From: a bacterium
GTDB taxonomy: Bacteria; Zhuqueibacterota; Zhuqueibacteria; Residuimicrobiales; Krinioviventaceae
Direction of reading: 5' to 3'
Length of the DNA stretch: 64,000 bases
Assembly: GCA_963693055.1 (NCBI GenBank)
Contig: OY843751.1
Location: 4,704,001-4,768,000, forward strand
In this document: piece by piece, positions 40,537 through 49,346 of the stretch
Numbering within the stretch: position 1 is the stretch's first letter
How the letters are laid out: each line of letters opens with the position of its first letter
Translations under genes and position numbers: made by a program
Notes under the pieces: generated by a model
Told to the model about the DNA's origin: nothing
Databases searched by the model: none
What the model saw: only the letters and a program-made list of their open reading frames with translations

Positions 40537-41187
40537 CTATTGTTGCTCGGGATTATAACTCAATTTCATCATTTTTTTTCTTAAAATACCTTGTTCTGAT
40601 TGTAAAACAAATTCATAAACACCAGGACTTACACTTTTATTTTCATCATTGTTTCCGTTCCATTCTACATTATAATAGCCTGGCGCAGCAGTACGATTAA
40701 ACAGCTCCCTGATTTCACTTTGAGATGAATTGCAAACTTTGAGAGTTACATCCCCCTCCAGTTCATCAGGAAGTTGAAATGAGATATTTGTAGACGAAAT
40801 GAAAGGATTTGGAAAATTCTGGTATAATGTAAAAGAAGTATTAAACTTTTTTATAGTTACACCTGCTTCATGACTATAATTGTAGCTTCCGTCAGCGCTT
40901 GTTTGCCTCAACCGATAAGACAATAATCCCTTACAACCGGGAATGTCTTCATGTGAATACTCTTTTCTTTCAAAATACGACCCCGCACCCGCCACAAACG
41001 CGACCTGACTCCATTCATCTTCATCCATCAGACGACGTTCAATAGCAAAACCTATATTTCCAATTTCATTATCCGTTGTCCACTCTAATAATACCCTATC
41101 CTTAGATGCATAAATAATAAAATCTACCAAGTCTACATCAGAAGCTCCATGACTTCCAGCTACAGATTCGTTTGGATTGTTTGGCAT
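40537..41187 (-). CDS. Protein made only of an Ig-like domain + FlgD-Ig/sorting-like domain
   Basis: V.LEWTT.NE..N.GF.IER, YRLRQ..ADG...YS, LYQNFPNPF; no evident signal peptide. Confidence 0.65.
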   Translation of the reverse strand: MPNNPNESVAGSHGASDVDLVDFIIYASKDRVLLEWTTDNEIGNIGFAIERRLMDEDEWSQVAFVAGAGSYFERKEYSHEDIPGCKGLLSYRLRQTSADGSYNYSHEAGVTIKKFNTSFTLYQNFPNPFISSTNISFQLPDELEGDVTLKVCNSSQSEIRELFNRTAAPGYYNVEWNGNNDENKSVSPGVYEFVLQSEQGILRKKMMKLSYNPEQQ

Positions 41188-41261
41188 TTTTCATTTCCAA
41201 TACTTGCAAGAAAAACTGATCCGGAATAATATAAATTAAATCGCCAATTAATATAAAAACA

Positions 41262-43565
41262 CTATTGCAATTTAATCATTTTTCGAATCTGTTGCAAGTT
41301 TCCAATTTTCAAAACATAAAAATATTCTCCAGAACCTGCCTCCTGACCGGAATCATTAAAGCCATCCCATATCGTTTCATAATAACCCGCCTGAGCAGGT
41401 GTGTTTACCAACGTACGCAACTGACGCCCAAGAACATCATAAACGTCTAAACGAACATTTCCGGAAAGATTATCTGGTATCTGATATGCAATCCGTGTCA
41501 CCGGATTAAATGGATTGGGATAATTCTGAAATAATGCAAATTCCTGTGGAGCCTTGATAGCTACGTTAACAATTTCACTATACTCTACCGAACCATCTGT
41601 ATCTACCTGCCTTAAGCGATACATAACAGTACCGGTTACGTTAATTTTATCTGTAAAACTATAACGATTGCCGGAAGTAGTTGTACCAGCACCGTTAATA
41701 AAAACGATTTCTTGCCAGGAATTCTGTGTTTGCGATTTTCTCTCAACTGCAAAACCCAGGTTATTGGTTTCGGATTCAGTGATCCAAACCAGTTCAACAT
41801 GATCATTTGACTGTTTTGCGGTAAATAACGACAACTCTACCGGCGAAGTGTTTTGACCCGCAAGATTTGAAAAATCTGACCAGTTGTCATACTCGTCTGA
41901 TGAACGAATGTAAAAGTAATATCTTTTATTCATTGTCAGATTGTTAATGGTAATACTTTGCGTTTGCCCGGGTTCGGCAGGGCTTGGCATATTTTCAACA
42001 AACGCGGCACCATTCCACCAGGTTTCTAAACCAAAAATTGGCAATGCGGTACTGTATTTCATTTGATACTGATATGCGGGACCGCCTGCATTGCCATCGT
42101 CTCCCGGAGCTGTCCATGACAGGGTTACAAAGTCCTGGCCGCTGTTAGAAACCTGCAAATCTGCAATTTTCGCTGGTTTAATCGTATCTACCGGAAAATT
42201 CTGTTCAGATAAGGTAATGTTATCTGCTCCAATAGGGTGCTCATGAAAAGACTTGATCACAGCCGCACTGTCAGGAGATATATTGGCTCCCAGAAAATAA
42301 AGCCAAAGCTGAATATCAATTCGGGACTCTTGTGAAAAAGAACCGGTATATTTTACGCCGGTATCGCCCCATGAACCGTTCACACCTGTATCAAAGGCCT
42401 GATCTCCACTCAGGGGACTGTCATTTGTACCAGTCAGATCATCTTTATAATAAAGATATTGATTAACTGCAACATCCGGAAGCTCTGCAATACCCAACAA
42501 AGTTCCCGGCGCACCGGTTTGCATCCACCAGTTCCAACCCGGAATATTTAAATCACGCGGAATACCAATATCATCACTTTCTGTCGTTCGATTTACAAGC
42601 GAACCATTCGGTTTTGTAGAAATAGCGTTTTCCGCAAACATGTGCATACCATTGGCAGAGGGATCAAGATCATAAGACAACCTTAAAAAATCCACATCTG
42701 CATCTGCGGGTATCTTTAATTGTCGAAAAGATCCCATATCACAACTGGTTGGATAGTATTTTACAATATAATCAAAAACAGGCAAATCAATTGCACCCTG
42801 CAATTCCGGCACTTCAAGCTGTATTTTCCAATTCCTGACAACCCGAATTTGTCCTTCAATACCGCTTGCATTCTGTTTTGTTAAATTTTCCTCAGATAAC
42901 ACCAGGGTAACTGATCCCAGAAAACCCAAATCATAAGAGCCTCTAACCCTGATCTTGAAGCGATCAACAAAATCTTCACCATTACCGCCACCAGCATTGG
43001 TCAGCAGCAAGGTGGTCATAATGCCATTACTTGCATTGTGGGCTATCTCATAGAATTGGCTTTCTACCCGGTCAATACTTGAGTCATATTGAATATAATC
43101 TGTAGCTACAGGATGTGAGGCTTTATTATCAGTTCGGTACACATATACATATCCATCATCACCACTCAACGGATCATGCACCTGTACCTGATAACGAGGA
43201 TAATTTCTGGAACTTTCGTCAGATATCCATGAAGAGGAAGGAGCAACATCTCCACAATCATTGGCTAAAACCAATAGTTCATCATTAGCAGTCAACAGAT
43301 TATCCTGACCGCTAAACATATAATCGTTATCCGAATCCAAATCATCAATTTGAAACGAAATAGCCGTCCAATCTGATGAAATATCCGAATACGAATATAC
43401 AACCAAATTATCATGAGAGATGTTCAGAAATCCCTGAAACTCAGCCCCCTTGATAATAACAGGTTCATAAGCTCTGCTTGTCACAGCATACAAACTTGAA
43501 TAAATCAGCACAACAATAAGCAATGCACTGAAAAGGAAAAAAAATTTTTTTTCAGGAGATTTCAT
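41262..43565 (-). CDS. Secreted protein with Fn3, Ig-like and sorting domains
   Basis: Signal peptide after AAGGAG RBS; LSWTAPGDDG...G.A..Y; PVELSLF; LFQNYPNPFNP. Confidence 0.72.
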   Translation of the reverse strand: MKSPEKKFFFLFSALLIVVLIYSSLYAVTSRAYEPVIIKGAEFQGFLNISHDNLVVYSYSDISSDWTAISFQIDDLDSDNDYMFSGQDNLLTANDELLVLANDCGDVAPSSSWISDESSRNYPRYQVQVHDPLSGDDGYVYVYRTDNKASHPVATDYIQYDSSIDRVESQFYEIAHNASNGIMTTLLLTNAGGGNGEDFVDRFKIRVRGSYDLGFLGSVTLVLSEENLTKQNASGIEGQIRVVRNWKIQLEVPELQGAIDLPVFDYIVKYYPTSCDMGSFRQLKIPADADVDFLRLSYDLDPSANGMHMFAENAISTKPNGSLVNRTTESDDIGIPRDLNIPGWNWWMQTGAPGTLLGIAELPDVAVNQYLYYKDDLTGTNDSPLSGDQAFDTGVNGSWGDTGVKYTGSFSQESRIDIQLWLYFLGANISPDSAAVIKSFHEHPIGADNITLSEQNFPVDTIKPAKIADLQVSNSGQDFVTLSWTAPGDDGNAGGPAYQYQMKYSTALPIFGLETWWNGAAFVENMPSPAEPGQTQSITINNLTMNKRYYFYIRSSDEYDNWSDFSNLAGQNTSPVELSLFTAKQSNDHVELVWITESETNNLGFAVERKSQTQNSWQEIVFINGAGTTTSGNRYSFTDKINVTGTVMYRLRQVDTDGSVEYSEIVNVAIKAPQEFALFQNYPNPFNPVTRIAYQIPDNLSGNVRLDVYDVLGRQLRTLVNTPAQAGYYETIWDGFNDSGQEAGSGEYFYVLKIGNLQQIRKMIKLQ

Positions 43566-43611
43566 ATATACTCCTTCCATTTTTTAAAAGCGGAAGGATC
43601 TAACAAACATA

Positions 43612-43953
43612 TTATTTATCAAAAGCGTTAGTAGCCTCTTCCACAGTATCAAATGTATCAAAAATAGTGATTAATTTTGTGATCATGAACAAACTTTTCA
43701 CTTTTTCTGTAACGCGAGACAATTTTAAATCACCATCTGCATTTCTCAGAGTGGTCATTGATCCCATCAACGCGCCCAAACCAGTACTATTCATCCATGT
43801 AACTTTTCCTAAATCAATAACAACTTTTTTAACTCCGTCAGCAACCAGTTCTTTAACTTTAGTATGAATTGCTGCTGTTTCCGGGCCGCCCATTAATTTC
43901 CCTTTTAACTCGATAATTGCAATATCACCTTGCATTTGCTCTTTAATAGGCAT
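43612..43953 (-). CDS. STAS-domain anti-sigma-factor antagonist
   Basis: LKGKLMGG, VVIDLGKVTWMNSTGLGAL (phosphorylatable Ser), ITKL; GGAGG RBS. Confidence 0.88.
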   Translation of the reverse strand: MPIKEQMQGDIAIIELKGKLMGGPETAAIHTKVKELVADGVKKVVIDLGKVTWMNSTGLGALMGSMTTLRNADGDLKLSRVTEKVKSLFMITKLITIFDTFDTVEEATNAFDK

Positions 43954-44034
43954 TTTGTATTCCTCCAAATTATAATTTCAGATATCAATTTTGCTTAAGC
44001 AAAGGTAAAACATTTTTTGCTATAAATCAACTTT

Positions 44035-44763
44035 TTATTCACCGTTAAAACTGGGTTCAAGGTATTGTTTGGCCTTGTTATTTTCTGGATTCAACTCTAT
44101 AGCACGGTTAAAAATTTTAAAAGCTCTTTCGGGCCAACCACTTTCAAGGCACAAAACACCTACTTCATTAATACGTTCATCCATATTTTCTTTACCCAGT
44201 ATCTCTTCCAAGAGTTGTTTCAAGGATTTGTCAAATGCATTTGTAACATATCTTTCATTTTCAAAAAGATAGAGCAATACTGCAAGGTTTTTATCAGAGT
44301 CTTTTAATACACACTTTGCTTTTTCAATACCAACTTTAAATAATCCCTCCATATTATTAACATAATAATCCAACAATTCTTTGATCTGTTTATAATCATC
44401 ACTGTCGGTTTTATAATATTCCAGCACATATTTCAATTCCCGAGCAACAGTAGCCTTGTGAAACAACAGTCCCACATTATTCATAAAATCAATTTCATCT
44501 TCATTGGGTGTATATTTAAACGACTTTTCAACTGCCTCCTGATATGGATCGCCAATACGTTCAAACAAGAGATGTAAATCTTCTTTTGCTGTAAAAAGTA
44601 ATTCCGAAAACTTTTTCATTTTTTCAAATGAAACTTCACCTCCTGCAGAGTAATCCTGAAACAGTTTTGAAAACAAATTTTTTGCATACAAAAAATCAGC
44701 AATTACTTTACGTAACAACCAGGATTTATTTGCAGCAATAAAAGGACTTACTTTTTCTGACAT
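44035..44763 (-). CDS. Hypothetical helical protein with C-terminal TPR
   Basis: C-terminal G..ERA..IF.RAIELNPEN..A. Confidence 0.55.
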   Translation of the reverse strand: MSEKVSPFIAANKSWLLRKVIADFLYAKNLFSKLFQDYSAGGEVSFEKMKKFSELLFTAKEDLHLLFERIGDPYQEAVEKSFKYTPNEDEIDFMNNVGLLFHKATVARELKYVLEYYKTDSDDYKQIKELLDYYVNNMEGLFKVGIEKAKCVLKDSDKNLAVLLYLFENERYVTNAFDKSLKQLLEEILGKENMDERINEVGVLCLESGWPERAFKIFNRAIELNPENNKAKQYLEPSFNGE

Positions 44764-44819
44764 TTTAACACCTGCCACTCATAGATTAGATAAACAAAAT
44801 TTAAATTAAAAAATTTCAG

Positions 44820-46193
44820 CTAAATATGAATAATATCATTTTCGCCTTTAATAAAACTTGCTATATGGTCCAGCATCAATCTCTCAAGGTCTTGCTTCCG
44901 GACATTTTCCACATCCAGAATATTGACCATTTTACTAGTATACAACCAACTTGCAACAATGTCAATCCTTTTGTTTGTTTTTTTTACAGTTGGAGAGTAA
45001 AAAAAATCTAAAACCCGGTTTCCGATTTCACCCAAATTCTTACATTGCTTGCTTAAATCCAATTCTAAAATGCCATGATTGGGTCTTATGCAATAAAGTT
45101 TGATCAAACTGGCGTCAAAATGTTCTAAAAATAAAATGCATGGTTTCAAGCGGGTTGCAGGAACGCTTCTTTCATGTACATCAATTTGTTTGTTGATACC
45201 CGGATCATAATTCTGTATAGCGTCATACTCCATCAATAACGCTTCAAGCTCAGATCCGGCAAGATGAATTTCCAAATTTCTTATATTTTCCCGAATATTC
45301 AAAATTTTTGGTTCCAGGTTCTCGGCTTCCCGAAAATAAGAGTTTACCCTTTCATACAAATTTCTGGACTTTCCAACATAAATAACCTTATCATTCACAT
45401 CACGCATCAAATAAATACCCGGCAACTCTGGTAAATCATTCAAAAAATCCCGATCAAATTGATATTCAGAAAAATCAATTGCTTCAGCAGTCGATTCACA
45501 ATAAGCAACAATTTGATCAGCATCATTTAAACCTAGCTTTTGGCACATTTCAAATGCGATTGAAAATTGTTCTTGAAATAATTCAAACTGCTGTTCAGGC
45601 GCAGCATGTTCCAGATGTGTAATCCCCAAAGCACTCGAGATCTGGCTGCTTTCAGCAAATTTTATGTTTGGCTGTAATCGCTGCAAAAGACGTTTCAGAG
45701 AAATAATTTGACCGCTAAATTCTTTTCCCAAAATCTGCCAAAACATTCGCCTGAACAAAGATATCTGATTACCAAAGCCATCAAAAACAACAACCTGAGT
45801 GCTCGTTTTGGCCAAAATCTCTTTACAAATACGATTCAATTCTTTTAAGGAATAATCTTTGGCCTGTCTTTTAGCAAAGAAAACCAATTTTTTACCCACG
45901 GGAAAAGGACTGACATTAAGACAAATCCACTCAAAAAATGACATTGATCGTTCAGGAAAAGCTTTAACCAATACAAAATCATTTTCAGGATAGGAAACTT
46001 TAATTGAATTAACTAAAATCCAGGTATGATCTTTAGATTTGATTATACGTTTAGAATCGGACACTGTAGATTGTACAAGCGTATCACAGATGCCGGAATT
46101 TGCTTCCGGCATCTTGAATACATGCTTGACAATTTCAGTCGAAGTTGCTTTTCCCCCATTTTGCTCAAGAAAATCAATAATGTGTTCTATCAT
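44820..46193 (-). CDS. UvrC/Cho-like GIY-YIG nuclease-domain protein with a long N-terminal region
   Basis: LPELPGIYLMRD....VIYVGKS.NL..RV.SYF, GSELEALL.E...I....P..N. Confidence 0.75.
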   Translation of the reverse strand: MIEHIIDFLEQNGGKATSTEIVKHVFKMPEANSGICDTLVQSTVSDSKRIIKSKDHTWILVNSIKVSYPENDFVLVKAFPERSMSFFEWICLNVSPFPVGKKLVFFAKRQAKDYSLKELNRICKEILAKTSTQVVVFDGFGNQISLFRRMFWQILGKEFSGQIISLKRLLQRLQPNIKFAESSQISSALGITHLEHAAPEQQFELFQEQFSIAFEMCQKLGLNDADQIVAYCESTAEAIDFSEYQFDRDFLNDLPELPGIYLMRDVNDKVIYVGKSRNLYERVNSYFREAENLEPKILNIRENIRNLEIHLAGSELEALLMEYDAIQNYDPGINKQIDVHERSVPATRLKPCILFLEHFDASLIKLYCIRPNHGILELDLSKQCKNLGEIGNRVLDFFYSPTVKKTNKRIDIVASWLYTSKMVNILDVENVRKQDLERLMLDHIASFIKGENDIIHI

Positions 46194-46209
46194 TAATCGC
46201 CTGGTTCAT

Positions 46210-46674
46210 TTAAACCATTCTGGCTTTACCAAACAGAGCTACTCCCAAAATCCCGCCAACAAGACCGAAAATACTATTAATTATCAGATTAATAAATAAT
46301 CCTATAATAAACGTACCTCCTGTCAAAGTTCGGGCGGGAATTTCGTCAAAAATAGATTGAATATCCGGATCACTGATGTATTGGGAAACAAAGTCCAAAA
46401 AATTAACAGACAATGAACCGGTAATACTGGTCAATACAATGGCAATAACCGCTCCTATAACACCTGCCAGAAATCCCAGCAGCGCACCGTCAGACATGTT
46501 TACAGTATCCTCGGGAGCTTGCTGTCTACGGTAAAGGTAAATTGTAAACATACCGCCACCAATTACTCCCGCACAACAAGCACAGTTGATAAAATTCAGT
46601 ATAGGAACACCACTGACAACACCAATAACAACTCCACCTAAAATTGCCGAGTTCCATTTACTATTATTGTCCAT
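46210..46674 (-). CDS. Small membrane protein with a CACC motif
   Basis: Four hydrophobic Gly-rich segments; INCACCAG; GGAGG RBS. Confidence 0.6.
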   Translation of the reverse strand: MDNNSKWNSAILGGVVIGVVSGVPILNFINCACCAGVIGGGMFTIYLYRRQQAPEDTVNMSDGALLGFLAGVIGAVIAIVLTSITGSLSVNFLDFVSQYISDPDIQSIFDEIPARTLTGGTFIIGLFINLIINSIFGLVGGILGVALFGKARMV

Positions 46675-46698
46675 AATTCCCCTCCACAATTTCTTGTC

Positions 46699-47811
46699 TT
46701 AGAAAAAAACACCTAAATCTTTTAATTCTGCATCATCCATTGCATCCAAAGTAAACTGGGGCAATGCGGTCTCCATATCAACCGGTTTTATCTCCATACC
46801 TTTAATGCCAACCATTAATCCGGATTTATTTTGGTGCACCAGCTCGACAGCTTTTCTACCAAAACGCTGACCCAGGTTAATATCAAACGCATTTGGTGCA
46901 AGACCACGCAAACTAAAGCCAATATTAGATTGGCGTACACGGCTCAAACCTACACCCAATCCCTGAACAAGAATTCTTTGTATAATAACACCCGTACCGC
47001 CAAGTTTCAGGTTACCATGCGGATCAATTTCAGGATCTTCTGACAACATGGATTTTAATACGCCGTCTTTAGCATCATCAGCAACTGCTTTTTTAAATAA
47101 TGGATCATTTTGATCAAAATTCACACCCTCAGACACAACAATATTGGCATATCCTTTTGCATCATTTATCGATTTAACCTTTTCCACAAGTGCCTGTAAT
47201 TCAAAATTCTTTTCAGGTACAAGAATAATATCAGCACCACTTGCAACACCAGTGAAAAACGCAAGCCAACCAGCTTTACGACCCATAACTTCATTCACAG
47301 AAATTCTTGCATGCGTATCAGCAGAGACTGAAGTGCTTCTAAACGCCTTTGTCGCAAAATCAATAGCAGTGTGCGCACCCAACATCCAATCGGTTTCACT
47401 AATATCATTATCAATACTTTTCGGAATAGCAATTGTAGGAAAATTAATTTTATGCATGCCCCAGGCAGTGTTTACGGTATCGTTACCGCCGGTAGCAATA
47501 ATAGCATCAACACCCAACTTTTTCAGGTTTGCCAACAACTTTTCAGGTGCCCAGGAATTATTTTTTTCAGTAAAAGGGGCAAAACGGGAAGAGCCCAAAA
47601 TGGTACTGGGGGCATCAAAAATGGATAACGCATCGTTGCTGTCCAACGGTACTATATAATCTTCAACATTATCAGCAGCCAAACCTTCAAAAGCTTTTTT
47701 AACACCAATAAAAGTATCACCATATTTAGATGCGCCATGCAATATAGAACGAGCAATTGCCGAATTTATACCTGCGCAATCACCGCCACCGGTCACAAAT
47801 GCAATTTTCAC
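46699..47811 (-). CDS. pfkA: 6-phosphofructokinase (PfkA family)
   Basis: TGGGDCAGIN, ILGSSR, GGNDT, IPKSIDND, EVMGRKAGWLA, VVSEG; GTG start with AAGGAG RBS. Confidence 0.88.
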   Translation of the reverse strand: MKIAFVTGGGDCAGINSAIARSILHGASKYGDTFIGVKKAFEGLAADNVEDYIVPLDSNDALSIFDAPSTILGSSRFAPFTEKNNSWAPEKLLANLKKLGVDAIIATGGNDTVNTAWGMHKINFPTIAIPKSIDNDISETDWMLGAHTAIDFATKAFRSTSVSADTHARISVNEVMGRKAGWLAFFTGVASGADIILVPEKNFELQALVEKVKSINDAKGYANIVVSEGVNFDQNDPLFKKAVADDAKDGVLKSMLSEDPEIDPHGNLKLGGTGVIIQRILVQGLGVGLSRVRQSNIGFSLRGLAPNAFDINLGQRFGRKAVELVHQNKSGLMVGIKGMEIKPVDMETALPQFTLDAMDDAELKDLGVFF

Positions 47812-47871
47812 AACATCTCCTTTATATTAATTTTAATAAAATTTGAATTTAGATAATATATTGAATTTAAA

Positions 47872-47906
47872 TAAAAAAAGACAGACAAAAAATCTTGCCT
47901 GTCTTT
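47872..47906 (-). terminator. Intrinsic terminator closing the candidate RNA
   Basis: Minus strand AAAGACAGGCAA-GATTTT-TTGTCTGTCTTT-TTTT; its G.U pair forms only on the minus strand. Confidence 0.75.
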
Positions 47907-48110
47907 CTTTTAGATAGTACATTCGCCCTACCGATGTAATATCTTTTGTGTAGAACTTTTTCCTGTCTTCGTGGTTAGGCAGCCCCCTGCTTTATCTCCA
48001 CGATATGGAAGGAACAAGTTCCCCCATTACAAAGTGTGCTCCTCGAACACACCCCCTCATCTTATATGCGACCCCTCAAACTGTATGTTCACTCTGAATA
48101 ACGGCATATA
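47872..48110 (-). ncRNA. Candidate ~240-nt structured non-coding RNA divergent from the ECF sigma gene
   Basis: Consecutive stems at 48063-48110, 48034-48052, 48005-48027, 47969-48003, 47912-47944, bounded by a promoter-like motif and a terminator. Confidence 0.5.
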
Positions 48111-48149
48111 TTAATATAGTGTCTATAATTATGCAAAATCTTACACTTT
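48109..48149 (-). promoter_or_regulatory. Putative ECF-sigma promoter, copy 1
   Basis: AAAGTGTAAGATTTT-gcataattata-GACACTATATTAATA; both 15-nt arms identical to copy 2. Confidence 0.65.
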
Positions 48150-48238
48150 ATTTTAAAAATATCACTTTTTTTTATATTTATTTCTTGTATATTAACTTTA
48201 TATATGCTTTTTCTGTCTTTTTGAGGAGATTCTTCAAA

Positions 48239-48874
48239 TTGGATCACAAACGACAAGGTACAAATGATATGACTCTGGGTGACCTCCTCGACAACTGCAC
48301 CAATCCCAACTCCCCTGTTTGGGAAAAAAGCTGGCAGGAATTCCTCAACCGTTACCAAAATTTTATCTACAAACTTGTTCTGAACCGCTGCAAAAGCTGG
48401 AATTTGCAGCGTATTAAATACCAGTTGCAAGATGAAGTAGACGATATTGTATTTATTGTTATAAAACACCTCATTAAAGACGACTATCGTTTTTTAAAAC
48501 AATTCCAAAACCGTGACAACCCACAGCTTTTTCTGTTATATCTGTCTACCCTTATTAACAGAATTACAAGAAGACATCTGGCAATTCATTTTAACAAAAT
48601 CCTGGATACCCTTGAAGAAGATCAGGCAAAAGACACCTTGAAGGAATTATCACCCGAGGCGGGTTGGGAAATTTATGAAGAACTGGTACAAAGCCTTCGC
48701 AATAGCATGATTAACAAACATCCCAATAACGAACGCAACATACACCTCTTTCTAATGTATACTTGGACAGATATGTCGATTGATATGCTTACCCACAATG
48801 ATTTTTACAAACCAATGGGGCAAAATGCCATATATACATTAATAAATCGCATGAGAAACAAAATAAAAGTGTAA
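48239..48874 (+). CDS. Divergent ECF-type RNA polymerase sigma factor
   Basis: Region-2-like WQEFLNRYQNFIY...VDDIVFIV...F..YL..L..R; region-4-like ERNIHLFLMY...MSI...NAIYTLINRMRNKI; TTG start after GAGGAG (alternative ATG at 48269). Confidence 0.65.
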   Translation: MDHKRQGTNDMTLGDLLDNCTNPNSPVWEKSWQEFLNRYQNFIYKLVLNRCKSWNLQRIKYQLQDEVDDIVFIVIKHLIKDDYRFLKQFQNRDNPQLFLLYLSTLINRITRRHLAIHFNKILDTLEEDQAKDTLKELSPEAGWEIYEELVQSLRNSMINKHPNNERNIHLFLMYTWTDMSIDMLTHNDFYKPMGQNAIYTLINRMRNKIKV

Positions 48875-48906
48875 GATTTTAGTTTTAAAACGACACTATA
48901 TTAATA
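48866..48906 (+). promoter_or_regulatory. Putative ECF-sigma promoter, copy 2 (overlaps the sigma stop codon)
   Basis: AAAGTGTAAGATTTT-agttttaaaac-GACACTATATTAATA, ending 28 nt before the next ATG. Confidence 0.65.
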
Positions 48907-48934
48907 ACTGATAACCGTAAAAGCAAGGTAGTTC

Positions 48935-49345
48935 ATGAGCAGTAGTATAATAGTTCATAAACTTTCGATAGGCAAAGTTTTATCTATAATTCAAGATGCC
49001 CAGATTAAAGAAAAAAGTTTTTTAGAGAATTATCCGGAATCTATAAATTATTACAATAGTTTAAAGGCCCGTTTCAACAAATTTGAAAATGACCCCAATC
49101 TCACAAATTCGATATTCAACAGTATCCCGAAGCAGTGTTGTCAGGCCAACAAATCCTTTTTGAAAGATAATGATGATTTTTTTATCGCATATACTGTTCT
49201 ATCAAAAAAGGAAGACATTCACATTAACAATGCTAAACAGTTTATTCATCATTTAAATAACTGCTATTGGTGTTTCATAGAATATAACCAGTTTATAAAT
49301 GATGAATATTTTACCAACAAAGGACTTGAGACGGGGGTAATTTAA
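48935..49345 (+). CDS. Small soluble protein with an HxxxCxxC (ZAS-like) motif
   Basis: HLNNCYWC at 49250-49273, plus an upstream CC pair; directly follows the sigma gene. Confidence 0.6.
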   Translation: MSSSIIVHKLSIGKVLSIIQDAQIKEKSFLENYPESINYYNSLKARFNKFENDPNLTNSIFNSIPKQCCQANKSFLKDNDDFFIAYTVLSKKEDIHINNAKQFIHHLNNCYWCFIEYNQFINDEYFTNKGLETGVI

Positions 49346-49346
49346 T

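Noticed and set aside
43612-43953. STAS anti-anti-sigma as part of the ECF-CHAT system
   Set aside because: It lies 4 kb away in a different transcription unit, and STAS proteins act with kinase-type anti-sigmas, none of which is in the locus
47992-48060. 22-codon minus-strand ORF MRGCVRGAHFVMGELVPSISWR inside the candidate RNA
   Set aside because: RBS-like GAGGGG is 11 nt away, the ORF is buried in hairpins and covers only part of the structured region; kept only as an alternative
47872-48110. Known riboswitch upstream of pfkA (TPP, SAM, glycine, c-di-GMP, fluoride)
   Set aside because: I could not find the conserved core motifs of these classes by eye; an Rfam search is needed to exclude others
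48119-48238. N-terminal 40 codons of the sigma ORF as given in the track
   Set aside because: AT-rich, Phe/Tyr/Ile-biased, overlaps promoter motif copy 1; a GAGGAG RBS supports a start at 48239
48109-48906. Inverted motif pair read as transposon ends or an invertible switch
   Set aside because: No transposase or recombinase nearby, no target-site duplication seen, and a fixed-length variable spacer fits promoter geometry better; not fully excluded
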